63,218 nt of DNA, filler included, from Reclinomonas americana ATCC 50394 (GCA_048213135.1; 5 parts of 5 records of this genome joined end to end with filler, not necessarily neighbours in it), one strand, 5' to 3'. Shown: positions 36,584-50,911, numbered from the whole stretch's first letter. The notes: generated by a model from the sequence alone, not told the origin. Made by a program: numbers and translations.

Positions 36584-38192
36584 ATGAAGTTCCTCGCCAT
36601 CTCCGCAATCTTCCTCACTCTCGTCGCTGCGGCGTACGCTGGCGGCGGTGCATGCACCAACGCAGGAGGCCAATGCAACCCCAACGTTGCGTGGACACAC
36701 AAGCGTCTCTCTCTCCTGTGGTAGGCTTGCTCACCGTTTCTGTATGCGCAGGGCTTCTGCAACGGCGGTGCCTGTGTGTGTCACTCTGTGAGTTTGTCAT
36801 TATTTTTCCGAACACGTCACACCTCATTGCTTTCAAACCACTCACACATGCCACCGCATCCGCACAGAACTGCTTCAACCTCGGCGGCAACAACAACGTG
36901 TGCGCTCAGTGGGCTGGTCCGTTCTGCTCGTGGTGAGTGGCAAAAGAGAGGGAAATGCTTGTTCACTGTTGTTTGCACTTTTCCGATTTCGCGGGTCGCA
37001 CCGCTGAGAAGGACTTCGCACCACCTCTATGTGTGGCCCCACGCCCATTTCTTTGCTCTGTCGCGCTTGCTCGTTTGCACGGAAGTCACTTTTTGTTCGC
37101 TTCTCACAACACTCGTTTTCGCAGCCACCCGCACGTCTCCTGCAACGACCACGGCAACTGCAACGCGGCAGGTGCGTGCGTCTGCAACGCTGGCTTCTTT
37201 GGCGCCTCGTGCTCGGTGGCATGCTCGGTTCGTTTGCTGTTCTTCCTCCCACCGATCTTTCTCGCCACTACTGCTCACCGCACTGCTGCAAACAACAGGC
37301 CGCCACCACCTGCAATGGCCACGGCACCTGCAACAGCAGTGGCGCCTGCGTGTGCACTGGCAACTTCACTGGTGCCAGCTGCAACACCTGCACGGCCAAC
37401 TACTACGGTGCCGGTTGTGACGTGTTCTGCGATGCGGCCGTGACATGCTCCGGTAACGGCTCGTGCGACGCGAGCGGTGCCTGCGTGTGCTCCGGCAACT
37501 TTGCCGGTGCCGACTGCACCTCATGCGCGGCCGACTACTATGGTGCTGCTTGCGACGTGTTCTGCAATGCCGCCACCACCTGCAATGGCAACGGCTCGTG
37601 CGATGCCGCTGGTGCCTGCGTGTGCACTGGTAACTTCACTGGTGCCAGCTGCAACTCCTGCACGGCCAACTACTACGGTGCCGGTTGTGACGTGTTCTGC
37701 GATGCGGCCGTGACATGCTCCGGTAACGGCTNNNNNNNNNNNNNNNNNNNNCGTGCGACGCGAGCGGTGCCTGCGTGTGCTCTGGCAACTTTGCCGGTGC
37801 CGACTGCACCTCATGCGCGGCCGACTACTTTGGCGCTGCCTGCGACGTGTTCTGCAATGCCGCCACCACCTGCAGCGGCAACGGCTCGTGCGATGCCGCT
37901 GGTGCCTGCGTGTGCTCTGGCAACTTTGCCGGTGCCGACTGCAACTCATGCGTGGCCGACTACTTTGGCGCTGCCTGCGACGTGTTCTGCGACGCGGCCA
38001 TGACATGCAGTGGCAACGGCTCATGCAATGCCAGCGGTGCTTGCGACTGCAGCACCGACTTCTACACTGCCGACTGCTCAGTGTCGTGCACGGTGAGTTT
38101 GGCAGATCGAGTGGTCGCCGTCGTCGTTTTCTGTCACTGACTCTGTTTCTCTCACTGAGAAAAGGCTGCCACCACGTGCTCTGGCAACGGCT
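36584..38192 (+). CDS. Secreted cysteine-rich EGF/laminin-EGF-like repeat protein, copy 1 (3' end appears in inverted contig 38307-38614)
   Basis: Signal MKFLAISAIFLTLVAAAYA; 45-aa, 8-Cys repeats (CDAAVTCSGNGSCDASGACVCSGNFAGADCTSCAADYYGAACDVF). Confidence 0.85.
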
Positions 38193-38306
38193 NNNNNNNN
38201 NNNNNNNNNNNNNNNNNNNNNNNNNNNNNNNNNNNNTTAATTAATTAANNNNNNNNNNNNNNNNNNNNNNNNNNNNNNNNNNNNNNNNNNNNGCGTCTCT
38301 CGCAGC

Positions 38307-38614
38307 TTAGCACACCGAAGCGCAGCCGCTCAACAGACCCGTCGAGGTGTTGAACACGGCCACGTTCAGACCCGCAGTCGGGCACAGGATGGAGTCGGCG
38401 CGGCACTCGCAGTGGAGACCAGAGTTGCCCTGCAGGCACTGGCACTGGCCCGACACACACCGACCACCGTCGATCAGGCCACCGTTGCCGGCACGAGCAC
38501 CGAGCGACAGCGCCAGGCAGTCATTGTCGACATTGCAGAAATTGTTAGGCGGCACGCTGCAGTCGGTGCCCGAGAAGCCATTCGAGCACGCACAGGTGCC
38601 GCTGGCGTTGCAGG
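38307..38614 (-). CDS. Last exon of an EGF-repeat paralog, probably the misoriented 3' end of copy 1
   Basis: Encodes ...VPPNNFCNVDNDCLALSLG...LLSGCASVC*, nearly identical to the end of copy 2; bounded by a linker gap and an N gap. Confidence 0.7.
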
Positions 38615-39537
38615 NNNNNNNNNNNNNNNNNNNNNNNNNNNNNNNNNNNNNNNNNNNNNNNNNNNNNNNNNNNNNNNNNNNNNNNNNNNNNNNNNNNNNN
38701 NNNNNNNNNNNNNNNNNNNNNNNNNNNNNNNNNNNNNNNNNNNNNNNNNNNNNNNNNNNNNNNNNNNNNNNNNNNNNNNNNNNNNNNNNNNNNNNNNNNN
38801 NNNNNNNNNNNNNNNNNNNNNNNNNNNNNNNNNNNNNNNNNNNNNNNNNNNNNNNNNNNNNNNNNNNNNNNNNNNNNNNNNNNNNNNNNNNNNNNNNNNN
38901 NNNNNNNNNNNNNNNNNNNNNNNNNNNNNNNNNNNNNNNNNNNNNNNNNNNNNNNNNNNNNNNNNNNNNNNNNNNNNNNNNNNNNNNNNNNNNNNNNNNN
39001 NNNNNNNNNNNNNNNNNNNNNNNAAGTCGGCATTACCTTTCCATTTTTTGATCCCCTTCTGCGAGGCTGTTGTGTTGCAAGTGACGTGTGTCTGTGTCAT
39101 CTGCGCGTACTAATATTGTACGATGTGGTGTGGTGCGGCGCGTTTCTGCGCCTGCCTCGCTTGCACTTGTTGCTGTCGCCTGATGATTATTTGAGTTCGA
39201 TTTAGTCTTACGTGTCCAATGCGCAACCAATCGCTGCGAGAGAAATCACACTCGCAGCGTGCGCTCTGACGCAAAGCACTACGCACACGCTGCGGTGAAT
39301 TCGATCACACGTTTACCTGTCGACAACAGTGCGTGTTTCGACCTCAGTGTCGGGAATCACCAGTGTGCGTGTTCACGGCACAGAATCATACTACATTCTA
39401 AATTTGTTCTGGTTACATTTTGCGATCGTGCACTTTTTTGGATTGTGCCCAGAATGGCTATTGACGCGCGAGCCCCTGTATCATGTCTTTGTTTCGTCTT
39501 ACTTCTCAATCGTCCCGAGAGCGCTAACAACCTCCCC

Positions 39538-41857
39538 ATGAAGTTCCTCGCCATCTCCGCAATCTTCCTCACCCTCGTCGCTGCGGCGTACGCTGGCGGC
39601 GGTGCATGCACCAACGCAGGAGGCCAATGCAATCCAAACGTTGCGTGGTCCACGTGTCTGTGCCGTGACGCAATCGAACTCACCGTCGTCTGTTCGTTCA
39701 TCTCCCTTCCTCTTCTTCTTTTACAGGGCTTCTGCAACTCCAGCCATGTCTGCGAGTGCCATAACGTGAGTAGTCGTCCTCCTCATGTTTCCGAGTCGCG
39801 ATCGCATCGAATCTGCGCATCTTTGTCTGTCTGTCACGCGCAACTCATCACTGTCCTTCCCCCTACTTCATTGCAGAACTGCTACAACCTCGGCGGCAAC
39901 AACAACGTGTGCGCTGTGTGGGCCGGCCCGTTCTGCACTTGGTGAGTGGTGTGTGTTCGGTTTCTCCTGTATTTTTGGCAGCGAGGTCCGTCCACGGCCA
40001 CACACGCACAGACACATCAGCAGTACTTCTGAAGCCGCTCGTTAGACATGATAATACTCTCCTGTCTTCTGGAATACCAACAGTTGAACCACAAACGCCT
40101 TTGGGGCTGTGGTTTCAGTTTTCTCTTCGCATCTTTTGCAATAGTTGCTGACAAGGAAGGAGACAGCAGCGCGTGCTGTTGTCACTGCTGAGGCACAGAG
40201 ACTAAGAAGGAGCATGAGGAAGACATTGCTGTGTTCAGTTTCTTCGGTCTCCCTGTCGTCAGACGTCGACGTCTGTCTTCCCCTCTGTTCTTCTTTGATC
40301 TTTCTTGCTTTGTTCTTCTTCTTATTCTTCTTCCACCGTCACCACCACCGCCACCGCCTCCACCTTGCACTACCTCTCAACCTTTTCTTCCTCTTCCTCC
40401 CTCCTCTTCCTCCTCCTCCTCCCCCTCTTCCTTCCTCCCTCCCTCCCTCCCTCCCTCTCCTCCTCCTCCTTCTCACTCACTTGTCTTCCTCCGGCAGCCA
40501 CCCGCACGTCACCTGCAACGACCACGGCAGCTGCAACGCGGCGGGTGCCTGCGTCTGCAACGCCGGCTACTTTGGCTCTGACTGCAAGACTCTGTGCTCG
40601 GTTCGTCTGCTGTCCTTCCCACCACTCACTCGTCTTCGCCACTGCTGCTCACCGCACTGCAAACAACAGGCTGCCACCACCTGCAACGGCCACGGCACCT
40701 GCAACGGCAGCGGCGCCTGCGTGTGCACTGGCAACTTCACTGGTGCCAGCTGCAACACCTGCACGGCCAACTACTACGGTGCCGGCTGCGACGTGTTCTG
40801 CGACGCTGCCACCACCTGCAGCGGCCACGGCTCGTGCAACAGCAGCGGCGCTTGCGTGTGCTCTGGCCACTTTGCTGGCGCCAGCTGCAACACCTGCGCG
40901 GCCAACTACTTCGGCGCCGGCTGCGACGTGTTCTGCGACGCTGCCACCACCTGCAGCGGCCACGGCACTTGCGACTCGAACGGTGCCTGCGTGTGCACTG
41001 GTAACTTCACTGGTGCCAGCTGCAACACCTGCACGGCCAACTACTACGGCGCTGCCTGCGACGTGTTCTGCGACCCCGCCATGACCTGCAGCGGCAACGG
41101 CTCGTGCAACAGCAGCGGTGCTTGCGTGTGCTCGGGCCACTTTGCCGGTGCCAGCTGCAACACCTGCGCTACCAACTACTTTGGCGCCGGCTGCGACGTG
41201 TTCTGCGACGCTGCCACCACCTGCAGCGGTCACGGCTCGTGCGACTCGAGCGGTGCCTGCGTGTGCACTGGTAACTTCACTGGTGCCAGCTGCAACACCT
41301 GCACGGCCAACTACTACGGCGCTGCCTGCGACGTGTTCTGCGACCCCGCTATGACATGCAGCGGCAACGGCTCGTGCAACGCCAGCGGTGCTTGCGTGTG
41401 CAACGCCGACTTCTACACTGCCAACTGCTCGGTGTCGTGCACGGTGAGTTTGGGAAGATGCAGAGTTCGACCTGTCTTTGTTTGTTGTCACTGATTCTTC
41501 TTCTTGTTTCATCCACTGTAGGCCGCCACCACCTGCTCTGGCCACGGCTCCTGCAACGCCAGCGGCACGTGCGTGTGCTCGAACGGCTTCTCGGGCTCCG
41601 ACTGCAGTGTGCCGCCCAACAACTTCTGCAACGTCGACAATGACTGCCTGGCTCAGTCGCTCGGCGCTCATGCCGGCAATGGTGGACTGATCGACGGTGG
41701 CCGGTGTGTGTCGGGCCAGTGCCAGTGCCTGCAGGGCAACTCTGGCCTGCACTGCGAGTGCCGCGCCGACTCCATCTTGTGCCCGACTGCGGGTCAGAAT
41801 GTGGCCGTGTTCGACACCACGACGGGTCTGTTGAGCGGCTGCGCTTCGGTGTGCTAA
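39538..41857 (+). CDS. Secreted cysteine-rich EGF/laminin-EGF-like repeat protein, copy 2
   Basis: First coding exon nearly identical to copy 1; same intron positions; 135-bp repeats; ends ...TTTGLLSGCASVC* with no obvious TM or GPI tail. Confidence 0.9.
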
Positions 41858-42184
41858 ACAGCGTCCTTTCCTATTTTTTGATCCCCTTTAGCATCACTCC
41901 ACCTTGGCTGTGCCAACAATGTATGGTTGTGATCTGCTCTGCGAAAGTGTAACATGCCGCATCACAAGTTTTATGCCAATGCTGCGACAGATAATACTCG
42001 TTAAACATGCCTTGAAAAGAACAGAAGAACAAACCCCTTCTAGCCAGCTCGACTGCTTCCGCGCAGGAGGACTTCCTCAAATCACTCCGCGCCCACGTGC
42101 ACATCGAACCTCGCAAAAACTCGAAACACAATGCTAAACACAAAAAGACCTCTTCTCCACCCACTTCTCTTCCACTCACTCCCA

Positions 42185-44397
42185 TCAGTAACGTGTGGCC
42201 GATCGCGCATCCATCAGCGGTCTCCGCATCATTACTCCCTGCGGCGATCCGACGCCACCACCGTTGCTGCCACCACTGCCTCCACCACCCGTCAGACTCG
42301 TCAGCAGTGTGGCAACACTCGACGGCGATGTGACACTTCCACCAGCCCCACCGGCCACGGCCGCAGCCACCGCCGCCGAGGTGGGCGTCGTCACAGTGGC
42401 CCCGTTGATGCCGCCACCGCCACCGCCACCCATCAAATGAGATCCCGAGGGCGAGCCGACACCACCGACACCAGTCGCTGTGGACGATGATGACGATGGC
42501 GACGAGGCCACCATGGGTCTTCTGGTGGCTCCTCGCGAACCGATGGCGGAGGGTGGTGGCGGCCGCGGCTTATTCGATGACCAATCAAACGAGTTGATGC
42601 CACCGTAGTGGTGATTCACTGCAACAGCAGCGACACGTGTTGGCCGACCACTCCGACAACATGCAAAATACAAGGCACGCAACTGTAACCAAGATCGTTC
42701 TGGAACGTCTCATACGAGAGCGGTAACAACTGATACTGGCCCACACTCGGGTTCACGCGGTACCGCACAATGACTGCGTCGCCCTTGGCACGAAATGCTG
42801 GCAAAAATCTGTGGATGCATCATCATAGGAATCAGTGACAATGGTAAAGGTGGTGGTGGTATGACAACTCTCGGATCCTCTCACTGTCTCCCACTTCCCC
42901 GCTATTTTACCTCTTGATTCGATGATTCTCCATCAGATTGGCCGTCACCGCCGCCGTGCACAGCATGCGCCGATCATCCTTGTTCTCGCGTGAGTTTGGC
43001 AGCCATGCACGACACTGGAACTTGCCGCCAATCAAACCCTGTACCGCATGTGCATTTACACACATGGTGGGCATGACAGGAACAGCGGAAAGCATGTTGT
43101 GAAATACGCCACCTGCAAATCGCTAATGTGCCGCAGTGTTGTCGTCGTGTGCTCACAAATGGGCACCGACTCATCACTCGGAATGTGCACAATCTCCACC
43201 AGCGTGTTGGAGTCGCACGACAACCACCAGTTTGGATCGTCATCAGCTAACGGGAGGATCAGCAAACAAGGCAACTTACACGAGACATATCTCTCTGTCA
43301 ACTCACCCACAGACGGCAGCGGCACGGCGGGTGCTGGAACCAGTGGAGGCTCCGGCTGACCGCGTCCTCGCGATCCTATTGTCCGCGAACCAACCAGCGC
43401 CGTCGGCGGTCCACTGACACCCGGAGTACTCGGCTTGCCAGTCATGTCGGGTGCTGCTTACAAGCACACAAACGACAAACAATAAACAAACGAGCCATCT
43501 CAATCGACTCTTTCATCAGCCGGCGACACACACACACGCGCACCAGGGATTCCATACGCCATGCTCCGCGCACGCGATGCCATCAAGCCAGGTGGAGGAG
43601 GCGCCGGTGACATGTGACCATTTTCCACGCCACCATTGCCATTCATGCTGGCACCACCGACACCACCGACACCGCCTCCCGCTCCACTCGCTCCCATTCC
43701 GCCTCCGACACCACCAGCACCACCGTTGAGTGGCAACAAGCCGTCTGGCACTGGCGTGCTGCTGGCGTACGGGGAGGATGACGGGTCATTCGCGCCTCCG
43801 TTCGGCTTCATCACATTCTGGAAATGGCGCAGTCCGAATCGTCGTTGTGCGGCAGCCGCCGACGCCCCTTGCGTGTCCACAATCCGACTAGTGTCTGTAA
43901 GCGCAGTGTGTACGTGTGTGGGTAATGGAAATAGAGAGAACTGGCAGAGCAAGCGACTGGCGTACCACCCCGCTGGCGGACATCGGGAGAGTACAATCTC
44001 CTGCAATGCAAGAATGGCAATGTCAGTGGGGAGAACCTAGGTACAGATGGTGGTGGATTCGACGCAACGAAGATGGATACTGCACGCTGGATGCTAGACC
44101 AGCACGCTCCTGACCTCCGGGCGGTAATTTGCTCTGCCGAGCAGCCAAGTGAGGCGACAGACACGAGGGAGAGACAGAGAGACAAGCGAGCAGCAGAGAG
44201 ACAAAGAGAGAAGCAAGCAGGAGAGAACACGCTATACGAAAGCACGCAGGGAAGAGGCTGTGCGTGCGAGAGACAGACGGAGAGAGAGAGAGAGAAAGAG
44301 ACAGAGAGACGAGCAAGCAGCAGAGAGAAGCAAGCAGGAGAGAACACGCTGTGTGACAGCACGCAGGGAAGAGGCTGTGCTTGCGAGAGACAGACAG

Positions 44398-44456
<59 letters not shown>

Positions 44457-44756
44457 TAGAGGACACTACACGAAACACTACGTCGTACGTACCGTACTCG
44501 TCCGTCGTCGGTACCGACGACGACGACACTACTACCACTACGACGGTCCGTTCCNNNNNNNNNNNNNNNNNNNNNNNNNNNNNNNNNNNNNNNNNNNNNN
44601 NNNNNNNNNNNNNNNNNNNNNNNNNNNNNNNNNNNNNNNNNNNNNNNNNNNNNNNNNNNNNNNNNNNNNNNNNNNNNNNNNNNNNNNNNNNNNNNNNNNN
44701 NNNNNNNNNNNNNNNNNNNNNNNNNNNNNNNNNNNNNNNNNNNNNNNNNNNNNNNN

Positions 44757-44791
<35 letters not shown>

Positions 44792-44865
44792 GAGAGACGA
44801 GACGACGACGAGAGAGAGACGAGACGACGAGACGACGACGACGAGCGTACGACGACGACGACGAC

Positions 44866-44934
<69 letters not shown>

Positions 44935-46534
44935 GAGAGGGAGAGAGCGAAAGGATGAATCGATGCATCACTGAACACAATAATACACACAGAAGAAACC
45001 ATGCGGAGATCGACTGCTTCTGCGATGAACAAAACGCACTTCTCCAGCATGGTCCCGGGAGCCTGCGCACAATCGAAAATCAAACATTAGTCCTTCCTAC
45101 AACCACACACTGCTGTTCCTCTCCCACCACTCTCTCCGCCCTCTGTACCTCCCCAGCCACTCACCATCCACAGTCGACGGAGGCGACGCCGGTGAGAAAC
45201 CAGACGACAACGTAGAATTTGTTGTGTCACTGTAGTCGCTGGCATTGAGTGAACCGGCATCCCCATCTCCCGAACCAGCCGCGGCGGCTGCTGCGGCAGC
45301 GGCGGCAGCAGCAGCGCTCGCGGCCGCCGCCTTGGCTTTCCTGCAAAGTGTGCGCACGGCAGAGTGAGAGACTAGGAAAAAACAGACACACGTGTGGGCG
45401 AGGTAAGACCTCTTGGAGCGCGGTTTGCGCACGGCACGAACTTCGGTCGCGAATTTGAAGGGTTGGACAGAGGTCTGTTGCCGATGCGTGTGTCAGCACA
45501 GAAAGATTCGCGGACTACACAAGCCACGCCGCGCGTACCTTCTTCTTTTTCTTCTTCTTGACTGGCAGTGGACCTGGAGGCGAACCAGCATCACTATTCG
45601 CAGCACCTGGTGACCCTCCTCCAGCAGCCGCGCCACTACCTCCACCTGCCGCCGCCGCTGCGGCTGCTGCTGCTGCAGCGGCGGCGGCGGCCTTTTGTGA
45701 ATTCTTTTTCGATTTTGCTTCAACAATTATCGGAGGTTAGCACCTAAGATGATGAGTAGAAACGAGCAGCAACAGGGGGAGAAAGGCTCAACTCTTTGGC
45801 TTTTCTGACGGCGGATGCTCTCCTGATTCTCCTGCGGCTCCACCAGCAGTGGTAGTCGTCGTCGTTGTCGACGACGACGACGCCGATGACCCGGTGGCTG
45901 TAGTGGTGGTTGTCGTGGTTGACGACGATGACGAAGCAGGCGTAGCTGGTGGCTTACTGGAAGAAGACTTTGTTGTCTTTTTCCTGCAGCAGTTTGCCGT
46001 CAGTACAGCACAGGAAACGAGAAGGGAAGGATGTGTCGCAACTTGGGAGGCGAAGCTGCTGAGACGTTGGACGCGGCGGAAGCTGCAGCAGTTGCCGTCG
46101 ACGCCGACGACGAGGATGATTTGCTTGCTGCCGAGGATGCTGCTGCTGTGGTAGTTGACGTCGTTGTGGTGGTAGTGGTGGTGGTGCTTGTGGCTGTGGA
46201 AGAAGATGAAGATGACGACGACGACGACGACGACGGTTGTGATGAGTGGGACACGGATGAACCATTGCCAATGGCCGTGTTGCTACCGCCTCCGAGCACC
46301 GGTTTCCTCCCCGAACCAGGTGGTGAAGGAGCCGCGAGCGCTGCATCACGTCGGTCGGTATCACTGGTGAGGGTTGAGATAAGCAAGCAAGCCAACGAAA
46401 CTCGGCGTCGTCTTGGCGGCGGCAGGAGTTCGTGAACCCACGCGAACGGGTCCCAGTGTCGGAGGCGCACTGGAATCAGACGACGGTTGCAACGTCGACT
46501 GATGATGCTGGTGCTGGTGCTGGTGGTGTTGCTG

Positions 46535-46573
<39 letters not shown>

Positions 46574-48152
46574 ATGTTGTTGTTGTGGTGGCTGGTGATG
46601 TTGTTGCTGCTGCTGCTGGTGTTGCTGCTGTGGGTACTGGGCGGAGCCAATTGATAGTGTTGGAGGTGGTTGTGGAGGTGGTACATGCGCCGGCCCGGAA
46701 CCATCGCCACTGGGCGGTGCTATCAAGTCGTCATCGTCCGACATCAACGCCTGCTGCTGCTTCTGCCGCAAGTGCGAGTGCAGATCTCGTCTCGATTGCG
46801 CCTGTGTTGGTGGCGGTAATGATGGAGATTGCGCCGCCGCCTGCAGCGGTGATTGCAACTGCAGCGGAGGTGGAGGTGGTGGTGGTTGCGGAGGGGCACG
46901 TGGACTCTCCAGCGGTGACGGCGCCGGCGACTTGCCATTGACAGCGGAGACGGGCGGGCGCAGCAGTCGCGGCGACGTCAACGCAGCGGCAGCCAGCGGT
47001 CCGCCCAGCGCACCGTCTGGCATGGCGAGTGGCGTCGCCGGCAACCCTGGTTGCGGTGAGCCGCTGATGACCCTCCTTGGGCCTGCACATTGGGCGAGGG
47101 AGGGGGATGAGAGTGGAGGAGGCAAGGGGAAAGAGAGAGGGAGGCAAAGGGGAAGAGAAGCGGGAAAGAGAGAGGAGGAGGCAAAGGGGAAGAGAAGGGG
47201 GGAGTACATGAGAGGAGTGAAAGGGCACCCGGTTGCATACGCAACAGCGGGTTGGCAAGAAACAGAGAGAGATATATATACACAGAAAGAGGGGAAAAGG
47301 GAAAAACGGAAACTCTGTGTGAGAGACGGAATGGGAGAGGAAGAAGAGAGGCGAGCCGTTGTGTATGCAGCCGGTGTGAAAGCGTGAGAGAGTTAGAGGG
47401 TGTGAGTGTGTGCGTGAGAGAGAGAGAGACAGAAGGAGGAGGGAAAGATAGACTGTGAGCGTATAAGAGAAAACAGTGTGTGAGAGAAAGAGACGAGACG
47501 AGTGGGAACTGAGCAAGAGAGAGGAGAGTGAGAGAGAGAGAGAGAGAGACCAAAAGGAAAAGAGGAAACAGAAAGAGAGAGAGAGAGAGAGAGAGAGAAG
47601 AGAGGAAAGATGAGAGAGTGCTGCAATGAGCCGTCTCGTGTGCAGATGGTGTGGGAGTGCGAGAGAGAGAGAGGGAGGGAGGGAGACAGAAGGAGGGAGG
47701 GAAGATAACGAGTGAGCCTAGGGGGAAGAGTGCAAGAAAGAGGAGAGAAAGATGAGAGGAGTGCACATATGAGCCGTCTCGTATCCAGCTGGTGAGAGAG
47801 AATGAGGGAGTGCGTGCATGTGCGCGCGAGAAAGAGAGCAGAGAGAACAGAGAACCAACACACCTACTCGCATGACGCCGTTGGGTGTCACCGACAAGCC
47901 CGCCCCACCAGGTGCTCCCATCACCGGCGACGCCGCCATCAACGTCGCATGCGGGTTGGGCGTCGGCGGTGGCGCACCAGGCGTCACCTTCTTCGCCGCA
48001 CCACCAACAGACGACGCAATCGCCGTCGACGTCTGCGCAATCTTGGCCAGCGATCCCATCATAGACGAAGAAGAAGACGATGATGCTAGTGACGGTGGTG
48101 GCGGCGGTGGCGGCTGCGACTGCACAGGCGGCGGAGGCGGCGGAGGCGGCGG
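42185..48152 (-). CDS. Large multi-exon low-complexity (poly-Q/P/S/A) protein with an unidentified globular region near the C-terminus
   Basis: Pro/Gln/Ser-rich exons, basic patches (KSKKNSQK, RKPRSKR) and ordered exons at 42700-43330 (LPCLLILP...NWWLSCD, KFQCRAWLP, VIVRYRVNP); GT-AG junctions. Confidence 0.5.
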
Positions 48153-48192
48153 NNNNNNNNNNNNNNNNNNNNCGAGGGAGGAGAGTCTGTCC

Positions 48193-48253
<61 letters not shown>

Positions 48254-48687
48254 CAGTGAGTGTCAGTGTCAGTGATCGTTTTGTGGGGTGTTTCTGTGAT
48301 ACCAACCAGGGCATTCTGCGATCTGAGCAGAGTGCGACTCATGTCTCACTCACTCACGCACACACACACGCACACACACGCACACACGCATGCGCAGAGA
48401 GAGGAGGAGGAGGCAGACAGACAAGACTGTGACTTTGGTCAGTCGATCCACAGTCAATCTCACAATCGTTGCGTACGAGAGAGCAGACGCACTTGCTCAC
48501 TTACACACTCTGTTGCACACACACACACACGTGCGTGGCTTGTGTGTGTGTGTAAGAGAGAGCGCGCGCGTCAGATGTCGCGCATGTCACTCACACACTC
48601 TCACACACACACAGATGCTTGTGCGCTCTCTTGCTCGCCTGTGTGGAGGCGCACCTCGCTCTTTGGGAGTTTTCCACAGCAGTAGGA

Positions 48688-49019
48688 TGATGATGAGCAG
48701 TGATGCAGAGCATGTGCGGCAACGACGTGAGTATGAGGAGCAAATGAGTGTGCTGCGCAAGCGGTTTGGGAGGGAGCATAGTCGGCATTTGGGCGCGGAT
48801 GAGGCGGAGAAGTTGGCGGAGACGGAGAAGTTGAAGGTGAGGAAAAGGGGATGAAATGGGGAGGAAATGGGGATGAAATGGGGATGTTATGGGGAGGAGA
48901 AGGGGATGAAATTGGGATGAGATATGAGAGAGAGAGCAGAGTTGAGAGAGCAGGGAGGGTGAGGAGGGGAGGAGGGCAATGCACAGAACAAGCGATGCTG
49001 TGATTGACTTGTGTGTGTA

Positions 49020-49101
<82 letters not shown>

Positions 49102-49223
49102 AGAGACGGAGGGAAGGGGGAGGNNNNNNNNNNNNNNNNNNNNNNNNNNNNNNNNNNNNNNNNNNNNTTAATTAATTAANNNNNNNNNNNNNNNNNNNNN
49201 NNNNNNNNNNNNNNNNNNNNNNN

Positions 49224-49263
<40 letters not shown>

Positions 49264-50830
49264 GGGAGAGAGGAGGAGGAGGAGAAGGGAGAGGAGGAGG
49301 AAACGCAGAAAACAGGATGGGATTTGCAACACTGGGCGAGATGCTTGAAGCAGTGTGTTTGTGTGTGAGAGAGAGAGAGAGAGCCAGAGAGAAGAGGAGA
49401 AGGATTGAAGAGCACAGGATGAGATGTGCACTGAGCGATGCATGCAGGGGGTGTGTGTGTGTGAGTGAGAGAGAGAGAGGTATGAGGTGATCGATTGCTG
49501 TGAGAGAAGAGATGTATTCTTGTGTATGTGTGTGCGCGAGTGAGAGAGTGAAGGATCTTTTGCGTTTTCACATTGCATCTCTCATCTCATCCTCTTCCCT
49601 CTTCATCGCCTTAAAAAGGGAAGGCTGGTTGCGAGGAAGAGTGCAAGCGAGAGGGAGAGAAGGACGGAGCAGAAATAGGGAATGCTCTTTCTCATTCGCA
49701 CACACATGCACGTCTCTCCTGTGTCATCCTGTTGTCTTCGTTTTCCGTTCTCATAAGGCTGTTTTGGAGGAAGAGAAGGGGTGGAAATGTTGCCTGTGTG
49801 AGGAGAGGGAGATAACTGGTTGAGATATTCGATGCAGATCAGGAAGAGCAGCAGCTGACGTGTCAGGCTGAAAGAAGGAAGGAGAGGAGGTGACAGCTTT
49901 CCTTGTCGCTCCTGTCTCCATTTGTGTGTGTGTCTCTCTCTCTCCTGCGATTACACGCCTGCTGGGAGCACATGGCTCGGATGTTGCGTTCTTTGCTGTC
50001 CTCTCCTCTTCTTCTTCAGTTGCCTCCCTCGCTCCCTGTTTCTCAATGACTCGTTCGAGGAGTGGAGTGTTGCATTCTGGCTTCTCTACTCTTCTACACC
50101 TCTCCCTTTTTATCTCCCCCTTCACTCAACTCTTCCCTCCCTCCCCCCTCCCCNNNNNNNNNNNNNNNNNNNNNNNNNNNNNNNNNNNNNNNNNNNNNNN
50201 NNNNNNNNNNNNNNNNNNNNNNNNNNNNNNNNNNNNNNNNNNNNNNNNNNNNNNNNNNNNNNNNNNNNNNNNNNNNNNNNNNNNNNNNNNNNNNNNNNNN
50301 NNNNNNNNNNNNNNNNNNNNNNNNNNNNNNNNNNNNNNNNNNNNNNNNNNNNNNNNNNNNNNNNNNNNNNNNNNNNNNNNNNNNNNNNNNNNNNNNNNNN
50401 NNNNNNNNNNNNNNNNNNNNNNNNNNNNNNNNNNNNNNNNNNNNNNNNNNNNNNNNNNNNNNNNNNNNNNNNNNNNNNNNNNNNNNNNNNNNNNNNNNNN
50501 NNNNNNNNNNNNNNNNNNNNNNNNNNNNNNNNNNNNNNNNNNNNNNNNNNNNCTGCGATTGAGTTGCAACAGCAGCAGGTGCTGGCGGCACGAGAGCAGC
50601 GACGCGCGGCCGGACTGGAGCGATGGGAGGCCAAGCAAGCCGAGGTACAAGCACGTCGCGAGGCGCAACTGACGCGACTCGTGGAGGCCTCGTCGCAGTG
50701 GGCGGCGACCGACGATGCACTGAGACGAATGATTGACCAGGCCATTATCGATTCCGATCGGCCTCCAATGGTCCCACCAGGCGCAGGCGGCCCTGGCCAA
50801 GGTGGTGGTGGCGGCGGATATCGCAAGTGA
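48688..50830 (+). CDS. Coiled-coil protein resembling mitochondrial ribosomal protein mS26 (partial, interrupted by gaps)
   Basis: ...RREYEEQMSVLRKRF... and C-terminal LVEASSQWAATDDALRRMIDQAI resemble the mS26 Y...LR..F and ES..(F/W)I...L...I..A(L/I) patterns from memory. Confidence 0.45.
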
Positions 50831-50911
50831 GAACACAACGTGCATGGTAACGCATGCCACTCGCGATCCGTCCAGTGAACACCTACAGACAATTACAGTT
50901 TCATTCCTTCA

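Noticed and set aside
38293..38614. Apparent invertible cassette or third, inverted EGF gene
   Set aside because: Bounded by gaps; it is the missing 3' end of copy 1, and 3'-UTR-like sequence resumes in plus orientation at 39024, so a misoriented contig is simpler.
37300..41450. Regular 135-bp repeats as a CRISPR-like or non-coding array
   Set aside because: In-frame coding repeats without unique spacers; eukaryotic context, no cas genes.
44452..44870. TACG/GACGAC-rich periodic sequence beside a gap
   Set aside because: Looks like degraded read ends after long (GA)n tracts, not biology.
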